From Octopus vulgaris (taxonomy: Eukaryota), in NCBI GenBank assembly GCA_951406725.2, contig OX597817.1, forward strand, positions 109,306,001 to 109,370,000: a DNA stretch of 64,000 nt, read 5' to 3'. The notes under the pieces are model-generated. The model had not been told where the DNA came from. It made no database searches and saw nothing but the letters and a program-made list of their open reading frames with translations. Made by a program: the position numbers and the translations under genes. Numbering within the stretch: position 1 is the first letter of the stretch; each line of letters opens with the position of its first letter. Positions 1 through 14,082 of the stretch are shown here, one piece after another.

Positions 1-800
1 GGCATCAACGCGTGTTGTGGAATGGCCGAAGGAAGATCTTGTCAACATAGATAGAAAAACTAGGAAAGTAATGGCTATGCCTAGGTGCCTTCATACATGG
101 AATAACGTAACAAGTCTGTTCATTGTTAGGAAGGTAGGGGGAAAAGAGCCAGTTTGAATAGACGATAGTGTTGCAAAGATCAAGTTGTTGCATGTCTATC
201 TAACGAATAGTGATTAAAGAACGTTGCAGGTTGCACTGAGAGAGAATGAAATCAATGACAATGGAGGGACCCTCCAGGAGTACTAAATGAGGACAGATAG
301 AGAAAAGATCATCAACCGGAAAAAGAAAGTCCTACACGGAGAGTTTTTTCGACACCAGAAGAGGAAGCTCATGAAGAATCCTGGAGATTTTAAAGACGTG
401 TTTTTTTTAAAGGGAGCGAACGGACTGATTCTTGCTACTCAAGAACAAGCTTTGTGTACTAAATTAATCAAACGTAACATTGATAAGATACGCAGCATCA
501 CCTTTGTGTATACCATGTGGAAAATCATCTGAGACAGTTATATAATTAGTGGTTGCTCAAACTAGCCTAAAAGGAGTGCAAAAAACGCCATGAGAAAGCA
601 GCATTGCAAATGCACTGGCCGTTGTACAAGTATGGGCTTGAATATTCCAGAAAGGGCTATGAGTACAAACTTTTGCCAGCAGCAGAGAATGACCAAGTGA
701 GACTCACATGCGATGTGCCAATATATACAAACAAAAGTTTTCAACATAACCGATAAGATATCACTCCTACTAAGAGTCCGGAGAATGGTTCTGCATCAAC
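1..800 (+). mobile_element. Degenerate R4/Dong-like (RLE-type) non-LTR retrotransposon fragment, post-RT to zinc-knuckle region
   Basis: Frame-broken translation gives WPKEDLVNIDRKTRK, GLILATQEQALCTKLIKRNIDK (ORF 287-532) and CGKSSETV..IISGC...RH, matching the C-terminal region of RLE-type LINE ORFs. Multiple frameshifts; right boundary approximate. Confidence 0.75.
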
Positions 801-1894
801 GTAGTTGCTCGTCAGGTTTGTTTTCGGCTTTAGAAGAACAAAATCAGCACGGAGAAATTGAACTGATAATGTAAAAGACTTAAGTAAGCAGTGTCAGCTA
901 CAGCTAAATCCAGCTTGTTTCAGTAGTTCATTCACAATTTCCTGACTGAAATTTTGATTGCGTTTGACTTGACACTAAGTCGAAAATTTTACTGTGGCTC
1001 TGGCGACAGCAGAGATAGATTTAAATGACACAGCCAGAATTTTATTATAGACATATGTCCAAGAGCTCTATATGATGTATTAATAGCAGTAATTTGATAA
1101 ATATATTACTCATGAGATAACATACAATATCATATTCGTTTCTCTGGAATATTCGTAAATTAAAACTTGCATATACAATATATGTTAATACTAAATTTTT
1201 TCAAAGATAGTTTCTAACTAGTTCCAAAACGTTTTAGGTCGTATTCAGAAAAAGAATTATATTATCCTTTGACAGTTTAATTCATGAAAGTGAATTATGC
1301 TTGCAACCGAAACCGCTAAACGCAATCAACAACCCAACTCTACAGTCATTTTGAGAAACTGTGGCAACTATTCAGTCTAAAAAACGTACGTCTAGGAAAT
1401 ACTTGCCCACTCACTTTCACTTACACACCTTGATTTCCGGTTTCCCTCCAAGCTATAATGGAATGCATCTGCATAAGGTGTCGTTCGGAAACGATTAATT
1501 CTCAATAAAAAAAAAACATCTTAACCAGACAGACAACTTGTTTGCGCCAATCGAAATTACATCATTGTTAGTTACAGCACAATAAACGTATTCATAAAAA
1601 TAGCGATTACATATATTTAGCGTGTTCAAATACAATACTATAAATTGTTTATTTTCTGTTATAATGATGGAACCACATCCTATTGTTTTCTTACAAAATA
1701 AAAAGCTTTTGTCTGGATACCTTTCAGGGAATAATTCATATGGAGAACTTTCGCTAAATTGGTTTTGCATAAAAAACTATTTGAATCAACTAGCAGCTTC
1801 AGATTGTAAGCCTTTAGTGCGTGTGGTTGTAATACACAACGACACACACACACGCACACACACACGTATGGTTGTGTGTGTATATCTAAACACA

Positions 1895-1998
1895 TGCATA
1901 CATACATACATACATACATACATACATACATACATACATACATGCATGCATGCATGCATGCATACATGCATACATACATACATACACACATACATATA
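1895..1998. repeat. (CATA)n/(CATG)n microsatellite
   Basis: Direct reading; source of the spurious YIHT/MYVC ORFs. Confidence 0.95.
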
Positions 1999-2039
1999 TG
2001 TACTTGTCTTTATATGTGTTCGAGTGTCTCTTTCTTCTA

Positions 2040-2446
2040 CTCTCTTTTACTTGTTTCAGTAATGTGACTGTGGCCATGCTGGAGCACCACCTTTAGTGGA
2101 GCAAGTCAACCTCAGGACTTATTCTTTGTAAGCCTAGTATTTATTCTATCGGGTTCTTTTGCCGAACCGCTAAAGCTACGGGGACGTAAACACATCAGCA
2201 TCGGTTGTCAAGTGATGCTGGGGGAAGACAAACACAGACACACAAATATATACACACAGATACATATATGCATACATATATACGACGGGCTTCTTTCAGT
2301 TTCCGTCTACCAAATTCACTCACAAGGTTTTGGTCGGCCCCGGGCTATAGTAGAAGACACTTGCCTAAGGTGCCACGCAGTGGGACTGAACCCGGAACTG
2401 TGTGGTTCGTAAGCAATCTACTTACCACGCAGCCACTCCTACGCCT
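2040..2446 (-). mobile_element. tRNA-derived SINE, family A (near full length)
   Basis: Minus strand starts AGGCGTAGGAGTGGCTGCGTGGTAAG (A-box-like) and GGTTCAGTCCC (B-box-like), then an internal CA/TA microsatellite and a tail ending GAAACAAGTAAAAGAG. Closely matches copies at 13830-14253 and 46024-46425. Confidence 0.9.
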
Positions 2447-2749
2447 ACATAAGCTAAGCAGACCTAGGTCTGCTTACTTTATGTTACGGCCATACTTTTC
2501 TTTTCTTTCTTTCCTTTACTTTTTGAGATAAACGTTTGGCAATAGCAATCAAGTATGCAGAGAAACACATAAAATTGCATAGTTACTTTTCTACGTCGAC
2601 GGGACCGTCTCTGTTCTTTGAATAGTACTATTAATCTGTGTCCTGATCTAACATAACTACTCGACCCTTGATTTGCCTTTCATGACATCATTCTGCTGCA
2701 AGTATTTGAGCCGAAACAGAATTTTGAAGTTAGTCCTCAAATTATCTGC

Positions 2750-2890
2750 AATTCGTTATCTAACACAAGGCCATAAAAATCCACCGTAATGAACCGATGT
2801 GATGAAGCGCTGTAACTAATTCGTTATCTAACAAAAACCCATTAATATCAACATAGTAATAAAACAATGTGACGAAGCTCTATGACTAAT
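2750..2890. repeat. Degenerate tandem duplication, two units of about 70 bp
   Basis: AATTCGTTATCTAACA...ATGTGAYGAAGC..TRACTAAT occurs twice in tandem. Confidence 0.7.
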
Positions 2891-3010
2891 ATATCCATTA
2901 AAATATCAATAGGATGATATTACAAATTTTGATATTACAAAGGATCCCAATCAAACTATCTGGATTGTTATTTTTGTCTGTTGTTGACTCACAGACAGAC
3001 AGACTGACAG

Positions 3011-3071
<61 letters not shown>

Positions 3072-3439
3072 AACACACACAAGCAATACTATATTAAGAA
3101 AATACTACATGTCATCAAATTTTTCCTTGTATCTCTGTAAATTTAAGCATCGATATAAAAAAAATAAATTATAAAACTTTAAATTTCCAGGTACCCTACT
3201 CGTTCTTATAATTTGTATAACGCCGCAAACAAAAGACCTTCCATATAGTTACCTCCTCTAAATTTCACATTAAAATCTAATAAAATCGGAATGGCATATT
3301 GGATAACGTAATGCGAATTAAATTAAGTCCGAATAAAAGTGGGAAAGGTTCTACAGGACAGATAAAATCTCTGGTGACGCCCTGACTCTATCGTCAAGTC
3401 GTAAGGATAGGTCTCAGAAAGTTTGTGCTCTCCCCCTTC

Positions 3440-4200
3440 TCCCTTAATGTTACAATAAATGTATAGAGAAAATTCTTGTGCTTAATAGATATTCACTTTC
3501 CTAGAGCCCATACGTACAGTGAAATCTTTAACACACACACAACGTTAAGACGTAAATCCATAGGCAACCGACAATTCAAGCCTGCTCTAGATGTACATGT
3601 AGAGACAAATCTAAATGTCCTATAAAGCAGAAATACAATTTATCCTCCGCTGTTTATGAAGCACAGGTACGCGCGAACTATGACGGTGATCGAACAGAAA
3701 TCAAGCGTTATATCGGAACCGTGGAAAAACTTTTTAATTTTAAACACCGTTATAAGAGATATTCCATTACGCTTTCGTATTTAACCTGGAAACTTAAAGA
3801 CGGAGGGACCAACTACAAAATCAAATGGAAAATCCTGTCCAAAACCGAACGCAGTATTAACAAATCAAAAAATGTTCAATATGATCTCTTTAACACTTAT
3901 ATAGCTTAAAGAACTTGAGAGCCTCCGACGACTACGTAAATTCCTGGAGCAAGATGATTTCTTTATGTCCGCATGTTAAGATATAAATCTTGGGTGAATT
4001 TTAAAATTAGCAACTGTAAAAACTGTAATATCTCGTTTACGCCTTTTTGAAATTTGTTATTGCAACTTTGATTTTTCCTGTGTTTTCTGAGTGTTGCTTG
4101 TCCAGCCGTCATCTTGCTCTCAGCTTGAAAATTGGCGAAATATATTAATGTTTCGTCCAGGAAACCCTGGATAACTGTATTTCACAAGACTTGTGGTTGT
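3440..4200 (+). mobile_element. Penelope-like element 3' remnant (GIY-YIG endonuclease plus 3' non-coding region)
   Basis: Translation gives LIDIHFP, CTCRDKSKCPIK, AVYEAQV, KRYIGTVE, FKHRY and SITLSYLTWKLKDGGTNYKIKWKIL (ORF 3721-3909), the pattern of the Penelope-type GIY-YIG domain. Confidence 0.8.
4121..4177 (+). ncRNA. Degenerate type I hammerhead-like motif downstream of the Penelope ORF remnant
   Basis: CAG-C-TTGAAAA (decayed CUGANGA), stem II TGGCGAAA/TTTCGTCCA, GAAA-CCCTGGA-TA, then ACTG pairing back to CAG. Core is mutated. Confidence 0.45.
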
Positions 4201-5782
4201 TATTATAACATTTTTATTCTCTTAGCAATTCACGCACGCGCGCTCACACGCATTGAAGGATACTACATTATAGTCTTTCTTAAAGTTTAGACTATGTATA
4301 AATACTTTAACTTCTGTATATATGTATACTTACTTCTTCCCTCTGCACATGCACAGATAGTGTCACTGACACTAGACCGACGTCAGTCGTGATCAAGGAA
4401 ATTTCAGATCATTTGGAAGACCAAAACTTTCAAACTGTCGTCATATAGTATTTTTCCCATTTGCAGTGACTCCACAATCATATTACCCAAAGCTCTCCCT
4501 TTTCTAGGAGGTAGGGTTTAAATTGATAGAGAATATGTTTGTTACTTTTAGCGACTAATTAAATGCTTCTTCATTGATTCGTATATATCATTGTTTAAAC
4601 ATGTCATGCGCGTGTCGGGTTACTATTATGTGGGTCGGAATGCGAGAAAGGATTGCTGGTATAAATATATTAAAACAATTATACATGTCTATTGAATAGA
4701 CAATATGTTTAAAGTCGTGTGTGTATTGTGTGAAAGTATATGCGTATTTATCAGGTTATGTGGAAAATATTACGAGTGCGAGTGGCATACATATACATAT
4801 GACTGTATGTGTATGTGTGCGTGTGTGTCTGTGTGTGTGCCTGCTTGTGTGTGAGTGTGTATCTGCGGGCTGTTCTCATAAATAAGGTATTCACAATATA
4901 ACTTCCAAAAACAATTATGAAGTGGAGATCGCAGCAGATTTATAAAGCTGTTAACTATATACATACATATGTGTGTATGCGTGTGCGTAAGTGTGTGTGT
5001 ATTCATATATTTTAATGTCTGTATGCATATATGTATGTGTTTATATGTCCTAGACTCTGTATTTGGTTGTTATGCTAAATTGTATGTCTTTTTCGCTTTT
5101 GATCATGTTCATCTGAATATATTATTAAAAAAAAAAGATTTTTTCAACCATAGTTTAAACTGTGTGTGTGCTACTCTATAACATATATATGCCAAGACAC
5201 ACAGGCACACGTACATATACATACACACTCGTATACACACACATTTATATATTTATATACAAGCACACATTCACACACATATAGATAATTCAAATTGTCA
5301 GAATCTACAGGAAATCGTATTTTTCTAATCCTTTCACAGCTTGCGTTTGGTTTATTTGTATGTATATATCTGTGTGCGCGCGCGTTTGTTTGTGAGTGTA
5401 TATGTGTATTTTTGTATGTTTGAGTGTTTACATATACTTTTTCTTATTTATATACGTCCGTTTGTTTGATAGTGTGTACGCATGAGTTTCTCTTTTTCTG
5501 AATTTTCGTTTTATTATTTTATATACCATTCTATTTTGGCTAATATTTTAATAAACTTTAGATGTGTGTCTGTCATCATTTATCTTATAATAGTATGAAT
5601 GAAAATAGAAAAAAAGTGTTAGAGTATGAATGAGAGGGTACACGAGCGGCAGAGACATTGGAAACCATAGATAGAGGAGAAAAGTGAATGAGAGATGTAC
5701 GATTGTGCGAAATATGATGGTTAGAGAGGTGGGGATGATAGGGCAGATAAACAGTAGAAATAACCATATATATATACGCATT

Positions 5783-5817
<35 letters not shown>

Positions 5818-7906
5818 ACATATATATATATTTATACATGTGTATGTACAGAAAGAGAGCAAGAAAAGTATTCATATTTTTGTTGAGAATATTTGCATGT
5901 AAATATTTAAATATTTTTGTGTATATATACTGATTACATTGTAGAATTGTTTTTATTCTTTTAAAAATAAAGACTTCTGCTAGATAATCAAAGACAAACA
6001 AACTACATACATGCACATGAATACATTATGTATATTCTCACTTAATCTCTTATATAAAGAATAAACTTATTTTAACAGAATATCAACGAAAATATAGCTA
6101 CCTAAGACGAATCTGTGAATATACTTCTCAGATTTGATTTAAAACAAAATAAATAACTGCTGGAAGATTCTAAATGTGGAAAGTACCAGCCATAATTCCC
6201 CAAAGTCCCAACCTCGGTTTCAACATCACATTAGGTATAGTAGTCTTTTACATAGATACGCCAGGTTTGAGCTAAACTAGAGCTAAAAAGAGCCCATGTA
6301 ATAACTTAATTAAATATTTGAATATTAGAATACATATTTGTATAAAGATAAAATAAGTTCCAATATTTACGGACATTATGAAGTATATGATGCATGAATT
6401 AGAATCATTCTCTCCATAGCAATAGAACTTAAGCCTACGAGATTGTTTTATTCAAATTTCATCAGGTAGTTATATTCAATTTTTATTAAAATAATGCATC
6501 GAGGGTATATAACTTGTTATTGGTTTTCGTAAGTTTAATCAAAATATTTCTATAAAAATGTCGATGAAAGTGAGTTCTTATTCATGATTTGCCGATCTGG
6601 TGAAGAATAATTATAGCACAGTGAAACTGAATGCAAAATGTCTGAAACCCACTCATTTACTCATTGACATCTTTGTAAACTATCGATAGGAACATTCACA
6701 CACGTTGTTTTTAAATAATCTTATTAAGAATGTTTTATTGTTTAACAATAAAATTAACATATCTTATCGACTATCACAGTAAGAGTAACATGCTGAATTA
6801 ATTAGAAGTTGGCGGGGGGTGGAATATATACTATTATTCGTAATGTCTTTGATATATTACAATCAAATTAAATGCGAACTTCAGAAGTAACTTAACTAAA
6901 TATCAATAATAAGAAAGGCGTGAAATGTCTTAAGAGTAATTATATACTGTTTAGAATTAATTTCACATTCTAGCTGCTTCGAAATGTCAAGCAACGACTT
7001 TTTGAGCATTAAATTCTTAGTAGAAGATTAGCAGAACATTCTCAGTAAAAGATGTGTAGTAGAAAATTTGCAATAAAATATTCTTATAGAACATCAAGAT
7101 TTGGTTCATGCTTTTATATTTTGTTTAGCCGAATTCAGAATAGGTACACTCAAGAACAATGATAAAGCTTCATTCCGAGATGTATAGTGTGCTATGCAAA
7201 AAAGAAAGGGGATAAACAGATCAGATAGTTTCTCAAAGATGCTACTGATGTACAATGTAACAACTGTGCTTGTACAAAAACAAGGGAGAGCTTCGACAGA
7301 GAGCGCTTATCGATTTATCGCTGAAAGCAAGTCCTTCAACAGATGAATTCGTAGAAATCTATCGATTGAGTGCTATGGTATCTGATGTAGCTAACAGTGA
7401 GCAAGTCTTGATTTATGAACATTAAATGTATTTTGCTTTAGAAGTAGGCGAACTCGATCATTGAATTGATATAACTCATTGATCTAATATTGTTCAAAGA
7501 TGACCATTTCTTTTTATACCCGACAGGAAATCAAAACTTCATGGTAACTAAGTTTTTTTCTCCACAGTCTTTCAAAGGCTACAATCGATTTCTGGATACA
7601 ACTCCACTCATTGTCAATTGCCACAATAATTAACATAACTGCAGTTAAAACACACACATACTCATACACACACACACACACATGTATATAGCTGTGTTGT
7701 GAGCAACTGACAGAACGATTTGAAAATAAGGTTGCCAGTGACAACTTTTGCCGCGGACAAGCCTCGACAGACTGCCACATAATGACGAAGTCTGTCCACG
7801 GCAAAAGTTCCAAGTCACTGGCAATCTTTTTTATCAAATATATATATTCGTTATTCCTCTTGGAAAGAAGTAAATATACATATATACATACATATATACA
7901 ATACAT

Positions 7907-7951
<45 letters not shown>

Positions 7952-7975
7952 TGCATGTATGTATATGTAAATATA

Positions 7976-9234
7976 TTGGGCTGGCAACTAAGTTAGCGCC
8001 GCTTTTTTATTGAAATTGTTTAAATGATTTAATAAAAAATAACAACTAATTAATCAATAATGTATTCACCTTTGTTGTTTGCAACTTCTTCCCAACGTTC
8101 AACAAGATTTTCAATACCTCGTTGGTAGAAATCACCCGAATTCTACTCGAAAAATTCATCCAGCCAAGCTCTCAATTCTGTATCAGTATTGAACGAAACT
8201 CCGTGCATAGCATTTGAAAGCGATTGAAAAAGGTGGAAATCCGTTGGTGCCAAATTAGGAAAGTACGGCGGGTGTGGCAGCACTTCCCAGCCATGCGTTT
8301 GAATGGCTTCCTTAGTCATATTGGCGATATGAGTGTGGGCGTTGTCGTGCTGCAGAAGAACTCCATGCTGCCGATTAGGTCTTATCTTTTGAATAGCCGT
8401 GTTGAGTCGTTCAATCTGTTGAACTTCGTGTTCCGCGTTGACGAAGCAATTCGTAATGGATAATCGCTTCCCAGTCCCACAATACGCACAACATCGTTTT
8501 ACGCGAATGAAGATCTTGTTTCACGCGCGGTGTCGCTTGTTTACCAGAGCTAACCCATTCCTTACGCTGCTTCATATTGATATACAGGTACAACTTTTCG
8601 TCCCCAACAACGATTCAGTAAAGAACTCGTTTCTTGTGTCCATGAGTTGAACGGTGACGAGCAAGCAAACCAGCGGAGATTTGGCTCGTTAACTTTTGCT
8701 GTTGTCATTTAAAGCATGCGGAGCTCATGCTCCATACTTCTGAATCTTTCACATCGATTGAAGATGCTTCTCTATAGCAGTGTGGGAGCATTCCATTTTC
8801 TAAGCCAGTTCCCTTGTCGTTTGACGAGAATTTTCGTACAAAAGTTGGTTTAATCGCTATTCATCGAAATCAACTGGACGGCCAGAATGAGGTGCGTCTT
8901 TCAAGTCAAAATTTCCATTTTTGAATTTGGTATACCATTCACGGGCGTTTTTTTCACCCTATGCCATCCCCTTTATACACAGCACAAATATCGCGAGCAG
9001 CTTTTGCGGCTTTAGAAACTTGATTAAAAGCAAAAAAAAAATGCCCGTTCTCTTTCACTTGACATTCTATTTTAATGATCTGAAAATAAACAAAAATTAA
9101 CTAAAATTAGCTAGAAAAAAAAGAAAAAAAATAGATTCCAAAAATGACAAAATGACAAAAAATAAATTTCAAGATTTAAAAACGCAATAAATTTCAAAAT
9201 TAAAACAAAGGCGGGAACTTAGTTGCCAACCCAA
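7976..9234 (-). mobile_element. Full-length defective mariner (DD34D) transposon
   Basis: TIRs TTGGGCTGGCAACTAAGTT and AACTTAGTTGCCAACCCAA, each flanked by TA; about 1.26 kb. Minus-strand motifs SGRPVDFDE, A*APHAL (WVPHEL-like), VGDEK, MLCVLWDWE, QHDNA and PYFPNLAPTD, with stops and frameshifts. Confidence 0.93.
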
Positions 9235-9239
9235 TATAG

Positions 9240-9258
9240 AGAGAGAGGGGAGAAAGAG

Positions 9259-9332
<74 letters not shown>

Positions 9333-9356
9333 GAGAAGAGAAAAGGGGAGAGAGAG
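9240..9356. repeat. (GAAA)n / purine-rich microsatellite
   Basis: Direct reading. Confidence 0.95.
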
Positions 9357-10079
9357 GTGAAGCTTTTGGCATATCAGCGAAAATTAATTTGAACTGTAGC
9401 GTTTTCCACCAAGCTAAATGACTGCAATAAACATGAATAAAAATGAATAAGTTATTTTAACATTCAAATATATAAAGATATCAAATATCTGCCCGGTTGA
9501 TGAAAAGAAGCTGCAGAAACGTGCAAAATGCCTTGATGTGAAATTTATGTCATGAAATTGCGGAGGGCCTGAAAATATTTTACACTTTAATATGTCCCCA
9601 GTCTAATACATATCCTCTGAATTATTATTACATTCAAAACAATTATCAGTTCTTTATTAAATCAGTCGCCCAGAAGAGAGAAATTGCATTTGCATTACGT
9701 GTAGAATTGAAGTTCTAGTAAGAGATAGAAAAATATCACAGAAATATACTTCGCAAATATTTCAGAAAATATAAAGAGAGAACTCAGCCTATTTTCAAAG
9801 TAACCACTATGAAATTATTGAATTTTTACTCTTGTGTGCAAATGTAGTGCTATGTCACTGGAGATGCAGAGTTGGGACATATATTAAAAATCTCTGAAGT
9901 GTGTAATCAAGATATAGCACCATCACACGTAAAACTTCCATTCGTTAGGGCGACAAACAAAGAGATACTATTTATGCAAAGCCCTTCATCGGTTGCCGCA
10001 TAATGCTTATCAGAAACATTAGTTTGAAATGAAGGCATCTACACACACCACAGATTCGTACATTGCGTAAAATTCAAGT

Positions 10080-10257
10080 CAACTGCAGACCAAACTCGCA
10101 GAAATGGTCGTACAAAATTCAGCAGTACGCCTCAAAATAAGCGGAAGAAAAACAAAATGCATGTGGTTCGAAAATGTAGCAGACGGTTGAATATTGTTGG
10201 GGTGGAGAAGTAGTGAATTTAAGGGAGGTAAATAAGCATATCTATTTAGGAGACACA

Positions 10258-10315
<58 letters not shown>

Positions 10316-10735
10316 CCTTGACACTAACACAGAAATCTCGTGTAGAGAAAGACCAAGATTTAAGAGATATATTCAAAATAGTTACACATGCACACTATAC
10401 CTATATCTTCAATATTGTTGTCCTACCTATGCTCCTATATGTAAGTGGCACATGGGTACTAAGAAAGAAGAACAACGGCTGGAAACGATTCAGTCTCGTG
10501 GAAATATTCACAATAGAAATATCGTTACGGTGCGTGTATTCGAAATGAGGTAATTTGAGGAGAAATGGAGTAGTAGATACCGAGAGCAAAACTTTCACTG
10601 GTCCGCACTTATCCATGGGATCAGAAGTGACTACTCTTAAAACCTCCTAGACGAGAAGAAGATGACATAGTCAAAAAATTCGGGTCCAAATTGGAACCCA
10701 TTATGACCGGTGGTGAGTAAAGACATCTGATAGTC
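10080..10735 (+). mobile_element. RTE-like LINE 3' remnant interrupted by (TA)n
   Basis: LREVNKHIYLG (RT C-terminus) and IFNIVVLPMLLYVSGTW (RTE-type VLP.MLY.SETW motif) in ORF 10213-10548. Confidence 0.6.
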
Positions 10736-10739
10736 TGTT

Positions 10740-10803
<64 letters not shown>

Positions 10804-10909
10804 ATGTGTGTGTGTGTGCGCGTGTGCGTGTATATATATATATATATATAAAGGAGATTCAAGAAATAATCAAGGTTTTTTCACTGTATTTACACAAAAG
10901 CGCAGGATA

Positions 10910-11300
10910 AAGAAGTACCTCATTTTTGTATACAGTTTCCTTCTTTTCCGATGCACTTGGACCAGCAACCATTCGTACACAATCTTTTAGCGGTCCAAAG
11001 ATATGCTAATCGGAAGAGGCGAGATCTGGGCTATAGGCAGGGTATTGCAGCACCTCGAAACCCAATTTGTTAATGGTTTTATTGGTCTGGGCGATCATGT
11101 GTGTGCCTGCACTATCATGCAACAACAAATCTTTCTTCGACAATAGGCTTCGGCGCTTGGTGCGAATTGCGGGCTTCAGTTTGTTGGCTAGTAGAGCATC
11201 GTATCTTGCACTATTGATCATATACCACTTTTCCAAAGAAATCGGATCACTGCTGCTTGTTCTTCTTCGGTGCACGTTGCTAGTGGAGCGGTCATGCTTG
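10910..11300 (-). mobile_element. Mariner transposase fragment (C-terminal DD34D region)
   Basis: ORF 11006-11275: INSARYDALLANKLKPAIRTKRR...LLLHDSA...GFEVLQYPAYSPDLASSD, followed by WSKCI. No clear TIR pair. Confidence 0.85.
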
Positions 11301-11821
11301 CACTGTAAAGTCGGAAATATGTTATTATTTTTTTCATAGATATGTTTCTTTATATGACGCGATCAGGCTCAAACTTCGATCACGGGACCATAATAGTACC
11401 CACTATAAGTACACTTGCACAGAGGCAATGTGACAATAATAAAGATATGTTATGGTGAAATATATATGTGTGTCAGTATTGCCGGATATATGTATATGTA
11501 TATATGCAGAAACATGCACACACATATATATGTATGTATATACATATATCTGTGTGCGTGTGTGTGTGTGTGTGTGTGTTAAAACAGCATATGTGGGACC
11601 ATTTTAATACTGTTTCATATGTTTTATTTCAACATGGAAAATACATTAGATTAATACTGACATAATACATTCATAATAGGTATGTACATATGTATATATC
11701 ATCTCCCATGTGTAAATCTTCAGACATATTCTGAAAATAATGCACTTAAGACGACAAAGATTGCAATATAGAATTTACTCCGATAAATACTTGAAGCTAT
11801 ATATATATATATATATATATA

Positions 11822-12074
11822 TAGTAGAAATATGATGTTACAAAAAGAAAATATAAAATACACGTTGAAATGTAAGTGTAAAATATGAAAAATCAATGAA
11901 AATGCACATTGCAAATAAAAAAAGGCTTTTTTTATGACAGGTAACGACAAATATATACATTTATATTGACTGAGATAGTAATAAGAGTCATAAAAGTCAT
12001 TATTATGAAATGATTATAAGATGATAATAAAGTAAGAGAACAAAGCGAACAATGGTTTACGCAAAGCTATTCAT
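11822..12074 (+). repeat. Unclassified interspersed repeat of about 250 bp embedded in (TA)n; inverted copy at 22292-22540
   Basis: The sequence is the reverse complement of 22292-22540 over its whole length, with scattered substitutions. Confidence 0.85.
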
Positions 12075-12077
12075 TGC

Positions 12078-12157
<80 letters not shown>

Positions 12158-12862
12158 AACCTTCCTCGTGTAAAGTATATTATTTTCAGAATATGCCTGA
12201 AGATGTACAAAATGGAGATGATATACATATATGTATATTACTTATTATGAATTTATTATGTTGTATGAAAATGGCTCTAAATATTCTATTCTTTGCTTTA
12301 ATACATACTTATTCTTAAATTGTTATAATTCACCGGGAATTTCAACTTATATGTATGATTTTCTCAATTGAAATAAAGCAGCCTCAAACATACAAATGAT
12401 AGCTATCATACTTAGATGTATTTCATGACCACACAGATTGGATTATAATTATAGTGTCATTCGCAAGCGAGTAGGATGTAGTAACATGTTCCATCCTTTC
12501 GCTAATTACTTTCCGTACTTATACAGTGACGAACAGGGAAACATCAATTCAATGGGCAACAAAAAAAATTGATTCTCTGCTACCCAGACAAATGGTGTTG
12601 TACTAAACTAAATCGAGTATGCTAATTCCGAATCTGAATTCAGAATTGATGTAGCACGTCAGGATTTTGAGTTACGCGTATAATTATATATCAATACTAT
12701 ATTAGTATCAGGAATAGTTAAGTTCAAGGTAAATGATTATTATAATAGTATATTAGTACTGTATATAGCATATTCATGTTCAAGACAAATAGTATTATAA
12801 TATAATAGTACATAGTATATTTATGTTAAGGGAATACCCACTTTATTTTTTATATGCTTAGC

Positions 12863-14049
12863 TCAAAAATGTTTGAGACACTTGCTCTTGCGCTAATGCG
12901 TCGTGCTGGACTCCAGTTGTAGGAATCAGCAGTAGTCACTCATCATGTGTGGATTGAACTGGCCTTGATACTCCTTTTCCATCTCAGATATTTCCTGGTG
13001 GGACCTCCCACTATCACTAACGGCACCAAGATGAGAATACAAGAAGTGCATCTTAAGGGACATATGGCATCCCATTCTTCCATACACTGCTAGCATGTTG
13101 TTTATTAAATCAGCATAGTTGTCAGGTCTATGAATTCCAAGAAAATTCTGTACAACTAACCCGAATGAATCTCATGCCGTCAGCTCAACTGGATTCAGTT
13201 TACCTCTCAATTTGCTATCAGGCATCAATTCTCTGATCTCGGATCCAATGAAAATGCCTGCTGACAATTTTGTGTCACATTTCTCAGCACCAAATTTTAC
13301 TTTTAGGTACTGGAAGCCACAACCATCATGTGTCATTGTTTTTACGAAGTTTTCATGAGGCTGAGTTTGATGTGAAGGGATGGAAGGAAGATCTTTTGCC
13401 GGTCTACCAGTGGCAGACGCTGCATATTGTGCCGACCAACTATTCGCTCATATCTTTTAGGCCAGTCTTTACACTATAATGATTGCAGTTGTCGCGACTG
13501 TTCCAAACACACAAGAAGCACATATTTTTGGTATATCTCAGCTTCAGTCCCAGGAGGAGGAAAATCACCTTTAAATAACCACAAATATTCCACTTTTGAA
13601 CTGAGTAATTAACTCCTTTCAGAATGAGTTCCATCGATTCTTAAGTTTCTTCCAAATCTACTACATGACCCACAGGAATGGAAGTGTTTTCATTACCATT
13701 ATGTAACAACACAGCTTTGTGGCTAGCCTTACTCGAGTCTATAGACAATCTCCATTCATTAGCCACATGCTTGTGTCCTAGTTTTTGCATGAGTGCATTA
13801 ACGTGAGTATAGAAACAAGCATTATTTTCTTACTCTTTTTTCTCTTTACTCTTTTACTTGTTTCAGTAATTTGACTGCGGCCATGCTGGGGCACCGCCTT
13901 TAGTCGAGCAAATCGACCCCAGGACTTATTCTTTGTAAGCCCAGTACTTATTCTATCGGTCTCTTTTGCCGAACCGCTAAGTGACGGAGACGTAAACACA
14001 CCAGCATCGGTTGTCAAGCAATGCTAGGGGGACAAACACAGACAAACAA

Positions 14050-14082
<33 letters not shown>

